A stretch of DNA of 64,000 nucleotides from Syntrophorhabdaceae bacterium (GTDB lineage Bacteria; Desulfobacterota; Syntrophorhabdia; Syntrophorhabdales; Syntrophorhabdaceae), in contig CAXXUO010000004.1 of NCBI GenBank assembly GCA_963666485.2, positions 128,001 to 192,000 of the forward strand. Direction: 5' to 3'. Numbering within the stretch: the stretch's first letter is position 1; the number at the start of each line of letters is the position of its first letter. Positions 19,956-29,170 of this stretch are shown here, one piece after another. Below the pieces are notes generated by a model. That model did no database searches. It saw only the letters and a list, made by a program, of their open reading frames with translations, and had not been told where the DNA came from. Made by a program: the position numbers and the translations under genes.

Positions 19956-20569
19956 TATCTTCGACCCCGCTTAAGAAATATGATCAGGACGATAAGGATC
20001 GCGGCAAGCAATACGGCAATAATCCAGAGCACTGCCGATCCCATACCGAACCCGCCGCCCATACCGCCCTTCATTTTCTTGTACTCCTCTTTCGGAATGA
20101 AGGCGGGCCTGATAGCCGGCCGGATCTCGTCACCTACCCAGACAACCAGTTGATAGGGCCTCTCACCCTGGGCGGACGCGACAAAGATCTTGAGATCGCC
20201 CTCCGTGCGGAGCTTGAACGTCTGGACGCCTGACCCTTTCGTTGACCCCGACTTCTCCGGCTTTTTCCAATCGAACTTGCACACCTGGAGCGTCAGGTCC
20301 GCGTCCTGGTCCTTCGACAGGAGCGTGACTTCCACCGGCTGCAGGATACCGAGTCCCTCAACGATGAACTTCTCCCCGCCCTGCCCTACGGTTCCCTGCA
20401 AGGCCATGACCTTGCCATTGGGAACCCTGGGGTCCTGCTTCGGCACGATCCTGAATTCCTGGGCCCCTGCATAAACCGGCAAAAGAAAGGCCAGGAGCAG
20501 CAAGAAGGAAAACAACGCGGCCACCGTTCTGCGCAAACACCTGATGTGACGTAAAGGCATTACTTTCAA
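19955..20569 (-). CDS. Hypothetical protein: signal peptide, beta-rich domain and C-terminal TM anchor with basic tail
   Basis: AGA-Q cleavage-like site; Gly-rich linker then hydrophobic helix and KRGRR; AGGAG RBS. Confidence 0.7.
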   Translation of the reverse strand: MKVMPLRHIRCLRRTVAALFSFLLLLAFLLPVYAGAQEFRIVPKQDPRVPNGKVMALQGTVGQGGEKFIVEGLGILQPVEVTLLSKDQDADLTLQVCKFDWKKPEKSGSTKGSGVQTFKLRTEGDLKIFVASAQGERPYQLVVWVGDEIRPAIRPAFIPKEEYKKMKGGMGGGFGMGSAVLWIIAVLLAAILIVLIIFLKRGRR

Positions 20570-20722
20570 GGAGCAACTCCTTTAGACATTATTGAAGTTG
20601 AGTTTTGAAATTTATATCCCGCGGGGGAGGAAGTGTCAACAGGGATGCGTTGCTTTATGGTGAGAACTATATGATGTATGACGTACATAGTCAATATCAT
20701 TGAACATAAAGGATAAAAGACA

Positions 20723-20749
20723 CTGGATTCCGGCTTTCGCCGGAATGAC
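20723..20749. repeat. REP-like palindrome CTGGATTCCGGC-TTTC-GCCGGAATGAC
   Basis: Family member, 26 bp left of the IS110 left junction. Confidence 0.85.
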
Positions 20750-20811
20750 GGGTGGTTGGTTGGAAAAGAAAAACCTTGTATGATACTCCCCGTGGAATAT
20801 CACGAACAATC

Positions 20812-20975
20812 CATGATAGAAAAGAGAAAAAGGTTGCCGGTGTGGCAGGCCGTAAAAACCAGGGGATGATATCCCGTATCCAAGCTCGGGCCGCCACACC
20901 TTCTCCTTACAAACCCGGACAGTTGCAGGGGACTCGTACCAGGAGATCCCGCATTGCACAAGGAAGGGACACGGG
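20812..20975 (+). ncRNA. Putative IS110 bridge RNA (target- and donor-binding loops); ends approximate
   Basis: Stem GGTGTGGC 20839-46/GCCACACC 20893-900 encloses AAAAACC, a GGGAT/ATCCC hairpin and ATCCAAG; a second loop has ACAGTTGC, GGGA-CTC..GAG-TCCC and ACAAG; these segments match the element's own junction. Confidence 0.7.
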
Positions 20976-20991
20976 AAAAAGGGGTGATATC

Positions 20992-21171
20992 ATGGACGAC
21001 GTCTTCATCGGGATCGACATATCGAAAGAGCATTGTGACCTCGCGGTCATACCGGGCGGCACGCAGAAGAGGTTTACAAACGACGAGGAGGGCCACGAGG
21101 CGATCCTTGCCTTCGTACTTCCTCTCAACCCTTCCCGCATCGTCATCGAGGCGTCGGGAGGATACGAGATG
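20992..21171 (+). pseudogene. IS110 recombinase fragment (first 60 aa)
   Basis: MDDVFIGIDISKEHCDLAV...RIVIEASGGYE matches GIDxSK and EATGGYE of the DEDD_Tnp_IS110 domain; then runs into unrelated repeat sequence and stops at 21231. Confidence 0.85.
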
Positions 21172-21188
21172 GGAGCAGGGAAAAATTT

Positions 21189-21401
21189 GGGGGACGTCCT
21201 TAAGAAAGTAAGAAACTCCTCAAACAACTAAACGGACCGCCCTGTCGTTATTATCCCCGGACCGGGTGATTTTAAGTTACTTACTTTCTTAAGGACGTCC
21301 CCTTTGCCTTTATAAGTTACTTACTTTCTTAAGGACGTCCCCTTTGCCTCGGACCGGGTAATTCTAAGTTACTTACTTTCTTAAGGACGTCCCCCTTGCC
21401 T
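21189..21401. repeat. GGGGACGTCCTTAAGAAAGTAAG element: one copy on + (21189-21212) and three inverted copies (about 36-bp units at 21274, 21314, 21366)
   Basis: aagttacttactttcttaaggacgtcccc(t/c)ttgcct x3; the reverse complement matches 21190-21212. Confidence 0.85.
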
Positions 21402-21476
21402 TTACGGCTTCCGCCGGAATGACGAGGGTGTGGTTGGATTCCGAATTCCGAGACTGTATCCCAATTCAAAAAGGTC

Positions 21477-21597
21477 GTCATTCCGGCGCTTGACGCCGGA
21501 ATCTAAGGTTTTTCTTTTAGGTCTTTCCATAAAAATGGAACCGGGACAAACTAACAAAAATCAAACCTTGGATCCCGGTGTCAAGCACCGGGATGAC
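21477..21597. repeat. Inverted doublet of REP-like palindromes (21477-21505 and 21569-21597)
   Basis: gtcattccggcgcttgacgccggaatcta ... tggatcccggtgtcaagcaccgggatgac. Confidence 0.8.
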
Positions 21598-21739
21598 GAA
21601 GAAGGCTTATTCGGGCGGGTGTAGACTAACGGCTTACCGCGAGCGGTTTGCGGTGTACGACGAACGAGTGGGTGAGAAATTGTGACACAGCCTTCGCCGA
21701 AGTGCCAGGTAAGGGTAAGTCGTTTCCGTTCGTCCCCAA

Positions 21740-21780
21740 CCGCTCGCCGTTAGCCGTTAGCCGTACGCCGTTAGCCGTTA
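21740..21780. repeat. Heptamer array CCGTTAG family x6, overlapping the glcD stop
   Basis: ccgctcg ccgttag ccgttag ccgtacg ccgttag ccgtta. Confidence 0.85.
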
Positions 21781-23144
21781 AATATCTTCCCCGGGTTCAA
21801 TATATTATTCGGGTCGAAGAGGGCTTTGATCGACTTCATGGCCGCAATCACGTCGGCGGACAATTCCATATCGAGGTATGCCGATTTCGCTATGCCGATG
21901 CCGTGTTCACCCGAAAGCGTGCCGCCAAGGCGAACAGTCTCAGCGAAGATGTCCTTGACCGCCAGCTCTGCCTTGTGGCGGTCTTCGGGGGTATCTTTTA
22001 TCATGATGCTCACGTGAAAATTGCCGTCACCCGCATGGCCAAAACTCAATATAGGTATCTCGTACTTTTTCTCGAGGGCCTCAAGTATCCGGATCAGAGA
22101 AGGGATGTGAGAACGGGGAACGACCACGTCCTCAGCTATCTTGACCGGGTTCAGATTATACGTTGCCTGGGACAGGACGCGCCGGGCCTGCCACAGTTTA
22201 TCCGCCTCGACCGGGTCCCGCGTCACATCGCACTGCAGGACATTCTGTTCGGCCAATATCGCGCGTATCTTTTCGACCTGCGGCCCTACGGACTCCTCGT
22301 GGCCGTCAACCTCGATAAGGAGCAACCCGCCCACATTCTCGGGCAACCCCATGGGGGAAGCCTTTTCGCTGCAGCGGACGGAAGCCCTGTCCATGAACTC
22401 TATCGTCGACGGTATCACCTTTGCCGCAATGATGGCAGACACGGCCCGGGCGGCATCTTCGACTTCACTGAAGAGCGCGAGTATGGTTGCCTTTGCTTCG
22501 GGCATGGGGAGAAGCTTCACGATGATCTTTGTGATCACCCCGAGAGTGCCTTCACTTCCCACGAAAAGGCGCGTCAGGTCATACCCGACAACCCCTTTCA
22601 TCGTGCGCACGCCCGTGTTGAGGATCTCGCCCGTCGGTTTCACCACCTCGAGCCCGATGACATAATCGCGTGTAACACCGTATTTGAGAGAATTCGGCCC
22701 GCCGGCACACTCGGCGACATTCCCTCCTATGCTCGAATACTTGTACGACGCAGGGTCCGGCGGATAAAAAAGGCCGTACTTTGCCGCTTCCTGCTGGAGG
22801 GCGAACGTGACGACCCCCGGTTCGACGACGGCGATGAGATTCTCCTGGTCTATCTCGAGGATCCGGTTCATTCGCGTGAAAACGAGGATAACACCTTCGA
22901 CAACCGGAGTGGAACCGCCTGTCAGGCCCGTACCGGCCCCCCGCGGGATAACGGGAAACATGTGCTGGTTGGCGAGCTTCAGGATCGCGGACACTTCCTG
23001 CGCTGAGGACGGAAACACGATGAGTTCCGGCACGATCCCGTCCGTTCTGGCATCATACGAATAGCACCTGCGTTCCTCAAGTGAATCGACCACATTCTCC
23101 TTGCCGACTATCTTTCTTATCTCTTCAATGACCCTGCTATCCAC
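21771..23144 (-). CDS. glcD: FAD-linked oxidase, GlcD / D-2-hydroxyacid dehydrogenase family
   Basis: PRGAGTGLTGG, YPPDPAS, GGNVAECAGG, GSEGTLG, GHAGDGNFH, SGEHGIG and DPNNILNPGK; GTG start 23144. Confidence 0.88.
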   Translation of the reverse strand: MDSRVIEEIRKIVGKENVVDSLEERRCYSYDARTDGIVPELIVFPSSAQEVSAILKLANQHMFPVIPRGAGTGLTGGSTPVVEGVILVFTRMNRILEIDQENLIAVVEPGVVTFALQQEAAKYGLFYPPDPASYKYSSIGGNVAECAGGPNSLKYGVTRDYVIGLEVVKPTGEILNTGVRTMKGVVGYDLTRLFVGSEGTLGVITKIIVKLLPMPEAKATILALFSEVEDAARAVSAIIAAKVIPSTIEFMDRASVRCSEKASPMGLPENVGGLLLIEVDGHEESVGPQVEKIRAILAEQNVLQCDVTRDPVEADKLWQARRVLSQATYNLNPVKIAEDVVVPRSHIPSLIRILEALEKKYEIPILSFGHAGDGNFHVSIMIKDTPEDRHKAELAVKDIFAETVRLGGTLSGEHGIGIAKSAYLDMELSADVIAAMKSIKALFDPNNILNPGKIFNG

Positions 23145-23197
23145 GCCGCCCTCTTTAAAGGTTATTTTCAGCGTGAATATAACATATAAAGACCTTT

Positions 23198-23315
23198 GTT
23201 CCAAGTTCCACGTTCCAGGTTCCACGTAAAAGAAATGTACGACTGACGTATCAGTGTTACAATCTCTGCCCGCAGCCATTCTTTAGCGTGGAACCTGGAA
23301 CGTGGAACCTGGAAC
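23198..23315. repeat. Inverted pair of heptamer arrays (GTTCCAN x4 / NTGGAAC x4) around a ~60-bp spacer
   Basis: 23198-23225 gttccaa gttccac gttccag gttccac; 23288-23315 gtggaac ctggaac gtggaac ctggaac. Confidence 0.85.
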
Positions 23316-23388
23316 CGTTCTTACCTTTGTTTTCGTTTGCTTTTTTGCCCATGCACGGGTTATTTTCAATAAATACTCAGGAGGCGGG

Positions 23389-23790
23389 ATGAAAAAGGTC
23401 GCGGTCGCGTTATTGTTGTTTTTTGCAATCTTATTGCTGGCGGGGAACGTTAAGGCGGCACCCGATGCCTTCGACACGGTTGACACGAACAAGGACGGCT
23501 ACATAACGAAGGATGAATTTGAATCGCATATCAAGTCCAGGTTCAAGGAATACGATACGAACAAGGACGGAAAAATAGATGCAGACGAATTCGGGGTTAA
23601 AAAGAACCCTGAAGCAGTCAAAGAGTTTGGATATATGGACAAGAACAAGGACGGTGTCGTCAACGCCGAAGAGTTCTACAGGGCGGCCCTTCAAAGGCGC
23701 GACCAGATGGACCTCAGCAGCGATGGAAAACTAAGTCGGGAAGAATATAATTCAAATAAAACTCTGCCATTCCTGCAATTTTACTTTTGA
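23389..23790 (+). CDS. Exported EF-hand calcium-binding protein (four EF-hand-like loops)
   Basis: Signal peptide; DTNKDGYITKDE, DTNKDGKIDADE, DKNKDGVVNAEE and DLSSDGKLSREE; AGGAGG RBS. Confidence 0.85.
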   Translation: MKKVAVALLLFFAILLLAGNVKAAPDAFDTVDTNKDGYITKDEFESHIKSRFKEYDTNKDGKIDADEFGVKKNPEAVKEFGYMDKNKDGVVNAEEFYRAALQRRDQMDLSSDGKLSREEYNSNKTLPFLQFYF

Positions 23791-23892
23791 CACGTACCGG
23801 GGCAAGGGAATACCGATATCTGCTGCCATAGTTATGGCATGGTCGAACGGTAAACATACCGTCGTCCATATCCGGATAAACATGGCGCCTCT

Positions 23893-25500
23893 ATGAAACC
23901 TGACAAGACACCCGACCAAAAACATATCTTTAGCGCCCTCGGCGACAGTTTCTTTCGCATGCTCTGGATAGCAAACGTGATGTCACTGGTCGGGTCATGG
24001 ATGCATGAGACGGCAGCGGCGTGGCTTATGACGTCGATGACAGTGTCGCCGGTGATGGTCGCCCTGCTCCAGACTGCGATGACTCTGCCCTTTTTCCTCC
24101 TGGCATTGCCCGCAGGCGCCCTGGCGGATATCATCGATCGCAGGAAGATCCTGATCGCCGCACAGACGATAATGCTCCTCGCTGCGTGTGCACTGGGAAT
24201 ATGCACACTGACCGGCGCCGTTACGCCGGTCGTCATCCTCGTCCTGACATTTGCGCTCGCCATTGCGGCGGCGGTCAATGCGCCTACGTGGCAGTCGATA
24301 ATACCGGAGCTTATAACACGCGACCGGCTGCAGTCGGCGGTGACGCTGGGTTCCGTCGCTTTTAACGTCGCGCGCGTTGCCGGCCCTGTTCTCGGTGGTC
24401 TTTTTCTTGCGCTGACGGGCCCTGCATCGGTGTTTTTCATCAACGCACTTTCATTCACGGGCGTGATCTTCGCCCTTATGCGCTGGCGATACAGGCAGCC
24501 GGAGCAGTCTCTCCCGGCCGAGCGTTTTTTCGGCGCGATCAGGACAGGCGTGGGCTATGTCAGGCATGTTCCCCAGGTCAAGACCGTTCTTCTGCGCATG
24601 GCCATCTTTTCTTTCTTCGGCGGCTCCCTCTGGGCGTTCCTGCCAATCATCGCGCGTGTACGGCTGGATCTCAGCCCTTCGGGTTTTGGTTTTCTCATGT
24701 GTTTTTTTGGAATCGGCGGCCTTGCCGGAGCGGCCCTGCTTCCCGTAGCCGGTCAGGCCTTACGGCTTAAAACCCTTGCCAATTGCGCGACCCTGCTCTT
24801 TGCCGCTTCAATAGCCATCCTGTCTTTCTCGTGGCATTTCTGGCTGACATCCCTCGCCCTCGTCATTGGAGGGATCGCCTGGCTGGTCCTCATTTCCACA
24901 TACAATACAGCAATATTGTCCATTGTCCCGTCCTGGGTAAGAGGACGCGTCATGTCCGTATTTATGCTCGTCTTTTTCGGTCCCTTCGCGGTGGGGAGCG
25001 CATTGTGGGGTTTTTTAGGTTCATGGCTGGGGATAACCGCCACCCTCGCGCTGACATCGATCTTTACGGCCCTCGGCACGATCGTAACAATGCGGATGCA
25101 ATTGTCGGAACCGCACGGCATTGACCTGACGCCGTCGGAGCACTGGCCCCAGTTCACAGGTGAGGTCGAGCCCGCCCTTCACGAGGGGCCTATCCTGGTC
25201 GTTGCGGAATATACCATTGATCCGTCCCACATTGAGGAATACCTGAGAGCGGTATCGTCCTTACGAACGATCCGCAGACGGGATGGCGCCTTCAGGTGGA
25301 ACCTCTTCAAGGACGCCGAAGACCCCTACCGTTTCATCGAGTCATTCCTCGTTGAATCGTGGGCCGAATACATGCGGCAAAAGGAACGGTTCACGGTATC
25401 GGACGGCGGTGTTGTCGATACGGTCCGCTCGTGCCAGAAAGACGGCGAGCCCGTAATAATACGCCACTTTGTGGCCCAGCCGCTGAAACGGGAAAAATAA
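23893..25500 (+). CDS. MFS transporter (MFS_3/DHA3-like) with a C-terminal soluble domain
   Basis: About 12 TM segments, AGALADIIDRRK and FNVARVAGP; C-terminal RRRDGAFRW. Confidence 0.88.
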   Translation: MKPDKTPDQKHIFSALGDSFFRMLWIANVMSLVGSWMHETAAAWLMTSMTVSPVMVALLQTAMTLPFFLLALPAGALADIIDRRKILIAAQTIMLLAACALGICTLTGAVTPVVILVLTFALAIAAAVNAPTWQSIIPELITRDRLQSAVTLGSVAFNVARVAGPVLGGLFLALTGPASVFFINALSFTGVIFALMRWRYRQPEQSLPAERFFGAIRTGVGYVRHVPQVKTVLLRMAIFSFFGGSLWAFLPIIARVRLDLSPSGFGFLMCFFGIGGLAGAALLPVAGQALRLKTLANCATLLFAASIAILSFSWHFWLTSLALVIGGIAWLVLISTYNTAILSIVPSWVRGRVMSVFMLVFFGPFAVGSALWGFLGSWLGITATLALTSIFTALGTIVTMRMQLSEPHGIDLTPSEHWPQFTGEVEPALHEGPILVVAEYTIDPSHIEEYLRAVSSLRTIRRRDGAFRWNLFKDAEDPYRFIESFLVESWAEYMRQKERFTVSDGGVVDTVRSCQKDGEPVIIRHFVAQPLKREK

Positions 25501-25505
25501 GGTCT

Positions 25506-26333
25506 CTATGTGAAGTTCTTGTAATATTGCTGTGCGAACGGCGCTATGGCCTCTACAAAACCATCCTGTTCTTCCCAGTCCATCGTCCTGAAAGACCGTG
25601 CAAAGTAGACGTTCTGTTCAAGCTGCTCCATCGTGTCGCAACCTATGACGGCAGTCGTAATACGCTGAGACAGGGCGTACCGGAAAAATGCCTCCATGGA
25701 TGTGTAAAACGTCAGCTTTGAGGTAAAGCCGCGGACATATATCTTCATTCCGATAATGCCGACATCTCTTCCGGCCGCCATCGTCACGATATCTTCAAGA
25801 TGATTCTTGCCCGAAGCTTCGGCAGGGTTGACGGGAATATGTATCGTATCGAAGTCGAACCGGTCAAGGCATTCACTGATGACGCGCAGGTCCCCGTGCC
25901 CGCCTATGCCGACAAAACGCGTATAGCCTTTCTCTTTTGCTTCGATAAAGGCTTCGATGGCCCCTCCGGGCGCAAAGACCGCGTTCATGGCGTTCTTGTC
26001 GCCGACATCGTGTATCTGCCAGAGATCGAGATGGTCGGTCTTGAGTTCTTGCAGTGTCGCTTCGAGGTCCTTCAGGGCACCTTGTTTCGTCCTCTCTTTT
26101 GACTTGCTCGTGAGAAAGACGTCCTTCCTTCGCTCGCGGAGCGCTTTGCCGTAATATTCCTCGCTTCCGTCGTATGAGCGCGCCGACTCAAAAAAGTTGA
26201 TGCCCAGGTCGAGTGCCTTGTTGATCAGCTGATATGCCTCTCGATCCTTTCCCTGGCTCCGCAGAAGGCCCTCCCCGCCGAGCCCGATGATCGTCGCATC
26301 AAAATTTGTCCTGCCGAGTTTTCTCTTTTCCAA
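25506..26333 (-). CDS. Aldo/keto reductase
   Basis: RKLGRT, GINFFESARSY, LKTDHLDLWQIH and GIIGMK. Confidence 0.85.
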   Translation of the reverse strand: MEKRKLGRTNFDATIIGLGGEGLLRSQGKDREAYQLINKALDLGINFFESARSYDGSEEYYGKALRERRKDVFLTSKSKERTKQGALKDLEATLQELKTDHLDLWQIHDVGDKNAMNAVFAPGGAIEAFIEAKEKGYTRFVGIGGHGDLRVISECLDRFDFDTIHIPVNPAEASGKNHLEDIVTMAAGRDVGIIGMKIYVRGFTSKLTFYTSMEAFFRYALSQRITTAVIGCDTMEQLEQNVYFARSFRTMDWEEQDGFVEAIAPFAQQYYKNFT

Positions 26334-26356
26334 ATTATCAGCCTTCTGAGTACGTT

Positions 26357-28027
26357 TTAATCCAGGTCCCGTTTAAAAACCGCCCCGCCCGCTGCCGAGG
26401 TTACCATCGCGGCATATCGCGCCATGTAGCCTTCTTTGATCTTGGGCTCGGGCCTCTTCCAGGCTTTCCTGCGCTTCTCGAGCTCCTTTTTTTCCACCTT
26501 GAGGTCGATCGTTTTTTTAACGAGGTCTATCTCAATAATATCGCCATCTTTTACAAGTGCGATCGGGCCGCCTTCCGCTGCTTCGGGTGACACATGCCCG
26601 ATGCACAGGCCCCGTGTCCCCCCCGAAAAACGGCCGTCCGTGATGAGGGCGCATTCCGCGTCGAGGCCCCTGCCTGCCAGGATGCTTGTCGGGGTCAGCA
26701 TTTCCCGCATGCCGGGACCGCCCTTCGGCCCTTCGTACCGGATGATGACCGCGTCTCCCGGCACGATCTTGCCGCCCATGATCGCTTTGCCTGCTTCTTC
26801 TTCGCTCGCAAAAATACGGGCCTTCCCCGTGAAATGCCAGATGTTCTCGTTGACACCGATCCGCTTGACGATCGATCCTGCCGGGGCAAGGCTCCCGGAA
26901 AGCACGGCCAGTCCGCCCTTCTCGTGGTAGGCGTTTTCCAGCGTGCGGATCACGTCGCGGTCGCTTGCGGCGACATTTTTAAGGAGTTCCGTAAATGACC
27001 TGCCGGATACGGTCCGGCATGATTTCCGGATAAGATTGCGGCGGGTCAATTCTTTCATGATAGCGTAAACACCGCCGGCCTCGTTGAGGTCTTCCAGGTG
27101 ATGCGGACCGGCAGGGCTCATATTGCAGATATGCGGGACCTTTTCAGATATCGCGTCGAAAATGCTTAAAGGGAGATCAATCCCGCCCTCGTGCGCGATG
27201 GCCGGTAAATGGAGCGCTGTGTTTGACGACCCGCCGAAGGCCATGTCGACGGAGATGGCGTTTTTGAATGCATCGAGGGTCATGATGTCCCTCGGTTTCA
27301 GGCCTTGCCTGATCGTATTGACTATGGCCATACCCGTTTCCTTGGCGAGCCGTATCCGCGCTGCATGAACGGCGGGGATCGTCCCGTTCCCCGGAAGTGC
27401 AATGCCTAACGCCTCGGAAAGGCAGTTCATGGAATTCGCCGTGAACATCCCCGCACACGAACCTGCGCCGGGGCACGCGCATTCTTCGAGCATTGCCAGT
27501 TCATTCTTATCCATGAGGCCCCCGGCAACCTTGCCCACACCCTCGAACACCGTTATAAGGTCGACCGGTTTGCCCTTGAAGCGTCCTGCCAGCATAGGGC
27601 CGCCGCTGACCATAATCGCCGGGATATTAAGGCGCATCGCGGCCATCATCATGCCGGGAATTATCTTGTCGCAATTGGGGATCAGGACAAGCCCGTCAAA
27701 CGGGTATGCCCTGGCCATCACCTCTACTGAATCGCATATGAGTTCGCGCGACCCGAGGGAATACTTCATGCCCTCGTGGTTCATCGCGATGCCGTCGCAG
27801 ATCCCGATAGTTGAAAACTCCATCGGTGTCCCGCCGGCCATGCGGATACCGTCCTTGACTGCCTGCGCGATCTTGTCGAGATGGATGTGCCCCGGAATGA
27901 CCTCATTCTTCGCGCTGGCAATCCCGATGATCGGCCGCGCGAGTTCTTCCTTTAAATATCCCATAGCTCCGAAAAGGCTCCTGTGCGGCGCCTTCTCAAG
28001 ACCTTTTTTCATTTTGTCAGACCTCAT
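26357..28027 (-). CDS. ilvD: Dihydroxy-acid dehydratase
   Basis: [39 protein letters not shown] and TDGRFSG; start MRSDKMKKG. Confidence 0.96.
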   Translation of the reverse strand: MRSDKMKKGLEKAPHRSLFGAMGYLKEELARPIIGIASAKNEVIPGHIHLDKIAQAVKDGIRMAGGTPMEFSTIGICDGIAMNHEGMKYSLGSRELICDSVEVMARAYPFDGLVLIPNCDKIIPGMMMAAMRLNIPAIMVSGGPMLAGRFKGKPVDLITVFEGVGKVAGGLMDKNELAMLEECACPGAGSCAGMFTANSMNCLSEALGIALPGNGTIPAVHAARIRLAKETGMAIVNTIRQGLKPRDIMTLDAFKNAISVDMAFGGSSNTALHLPAIAHEGGIDLPLSIFDAISEKVPHICNMSPAGPHHLEDLNEAGGVYAIMKELTRRNLIRKSCRTVSGRSFTELLKNVAASDRDVIRTLENAYHEKGGLAVLSGSLAPAGSIVKRIGVNENIWHFTGKARIFASEEEAGKAIMGGKIVPGDAVIIRYEGPKGGPGMREMLTPTSILAGRGLDAECALITDGRFSGGTRGLCIGHVSPEAAEGGPIALVKDGDIIEIDLVKKTIDLKVEKKELEKRRKAWKRPEPKIKEGYMARYAAMVTSAAGGAVFKRDLD

Positions 28028-28297
28028 GGGGCCTCCTTCCCTGATAATAGATGTAATAAAAATATTGTTCCGGCAGATCGCATCCCGAGAATCTACAAGA
28101 TTATTATACAGGACACCGGTTTGCAAGACAAATAACGGGTTTTAAGGTAATGGCGGGCCCTGTTATTCCGTGCACGGAGAGGTTTCGCTCTCCGACCTCC
28201 GCACATGGCTACCTCCTTCACCCCTGCCCTTACGGTCCCGGCCACCAATCCTTAACATCAACCCCGGCCTTAACTCATCATCCCGACCTACTTTCTC

Positions 28298-28411
28298 CGT
28301 CTCCCCGGCCCATGAGCCGGGGCCCAAGGTTTCTCTTTCTTTTATTTTGGGTAGGAATAGAAATAAACCAAAAAACAATACCTTGGGTCCCGGGTCAAGC
28401 CCGGGATGACG
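28298..28411. repeat. Inverted doublet of REP-like palindromes (28298-28332 and 28381-28411)
   Basis: ccccggcccatgagccggggcccaaggttt ... ccttgggtcccgggtcaagcccgggatgacg. Confidence 0.7.
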
Positions 28412-28434
28412 GGGTGGGGTACTGGGCATTCCGT

Positions 28435-28860
28435 CTATTTGAGCGCCGGTCGTTTTCCGGCTGCAATGTACACAAAATAATCAGTCAGTATTCTTCCGTG
28501 ATCAAAAGCTATATCCGCTGGAAGATCGTTTGCCGTAAAGACAGCGGCCTTGCGGGCGTCGTCTGCGCCCTTGAGAACTCCGCTACCGTCGGCTATGAAA
28601 ACAACAGAGGCGGTGTGAAAACGAGGGTCGCGGGCGGGGTCCGAGTAAACGTGGAATTGCTCGATGAGCCTGACATCCAGGGACGTTTCCTCTTTCGCCT
28701 CACGTATGGCAGCTTTTTCGACCGATTCCCCGACATCGACGAAACCGCCCGGGATCGCCCACCCGGCAGGAGGGTTTTTACGCTCGATAAGTATGATCCC
28801 GTTCTGATATTGAATAATTATATCGACAGTCAAAAGCGGGGTGGTCGGCAGGCTGCGCAT
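28435..28860 (-). CDS. NUDIX hydrolase (ADP-ribose pyrophosphatase-like)
   Basis: [22 protein letters not shown]udix box, RDPRFHT and AFDH. Confidence 0.9.
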   Translation of the reverse strand: MRSLPTTPLLTVDIIIQYQNGIILIERKNPPAGWAIPGGFVDVGESVEKAAIREAKEETSLDVRLIEQFHVYSDPARDPRFHTASVVFIADGSGVLKGADDARKAAVFTANDLPADIAFDHGRILTDYFVYIAAGKRPALK

Positions 28861-28917
28861 TACAATTTCCTCCCTCTATTCAAGACATGAATTACAGTAT
28901 TGCACTTGCCCCGTATC

Positions 28918-29063
28918 GTCATTCCGCCGGCTTTTGCGGCGGAATCCAGTGTCTTTAAAAATTTTGCTACCGATAAAACTTATAACCCAATAGATATCCA
29001 CATTACCATGAATACGGAAGAACGAAAAGGCAAAGACGCTGGATTCCGGCAAGCCGGAATGAC
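28918..29063. repeat. Inverted doublet of REP-like palindromes (28918-28955 and 29032-29063)
   Basis: gtcattccgccggcttttgcggcggaatccagtgtcttt ... aaagacgctggattccggcaagccggaatgac. Confidence 0.8.
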
Positions 29064-29170
29064 GCGCGGCGGTGGCCTCTACACAATTCGATAACAATAT
29101 ATTTTCATTGCGGGATTATTCTAATGATGTTTACAAAACGACCTGCCATATGATAAGCAATCAATCATCT

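Larger units (their letters stand above)
20775..21171 (+). mobile_element. Truncated IS110-family element (left end, non-coding leader and 5' part of recombinase)
   Basis: Begins CT|TGTATGATACT; about 215-nt structured leader; DEDD recombinase N terminus; no right end found. Confidence 0.8.

Noticed and set aside
21274..21401. Three ~36-bp direct repeats as a mini CRISPR array
   Set aside because: Gaps are only about 4 and 16 bp, one gap repeats upstream sequence, an inverted copy lies at 21189, and there are no cas genes
21172..21600. Right end of the IS110 element
   Set aside because: The predicted right junction ACAGTTG-CT-TGGAT is absent; GGTTGGATTCC near 21432 lacks the donor half
28150..28890. 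246-aa plus-strand ORF and the small ORFs at 20636-20959, 21430-21624, 28163-28429, 28876-29097 and 38064-38387
   Set aside because: They are translations of REP-like or heptamer repeats, or antisense to the NUDIX gene
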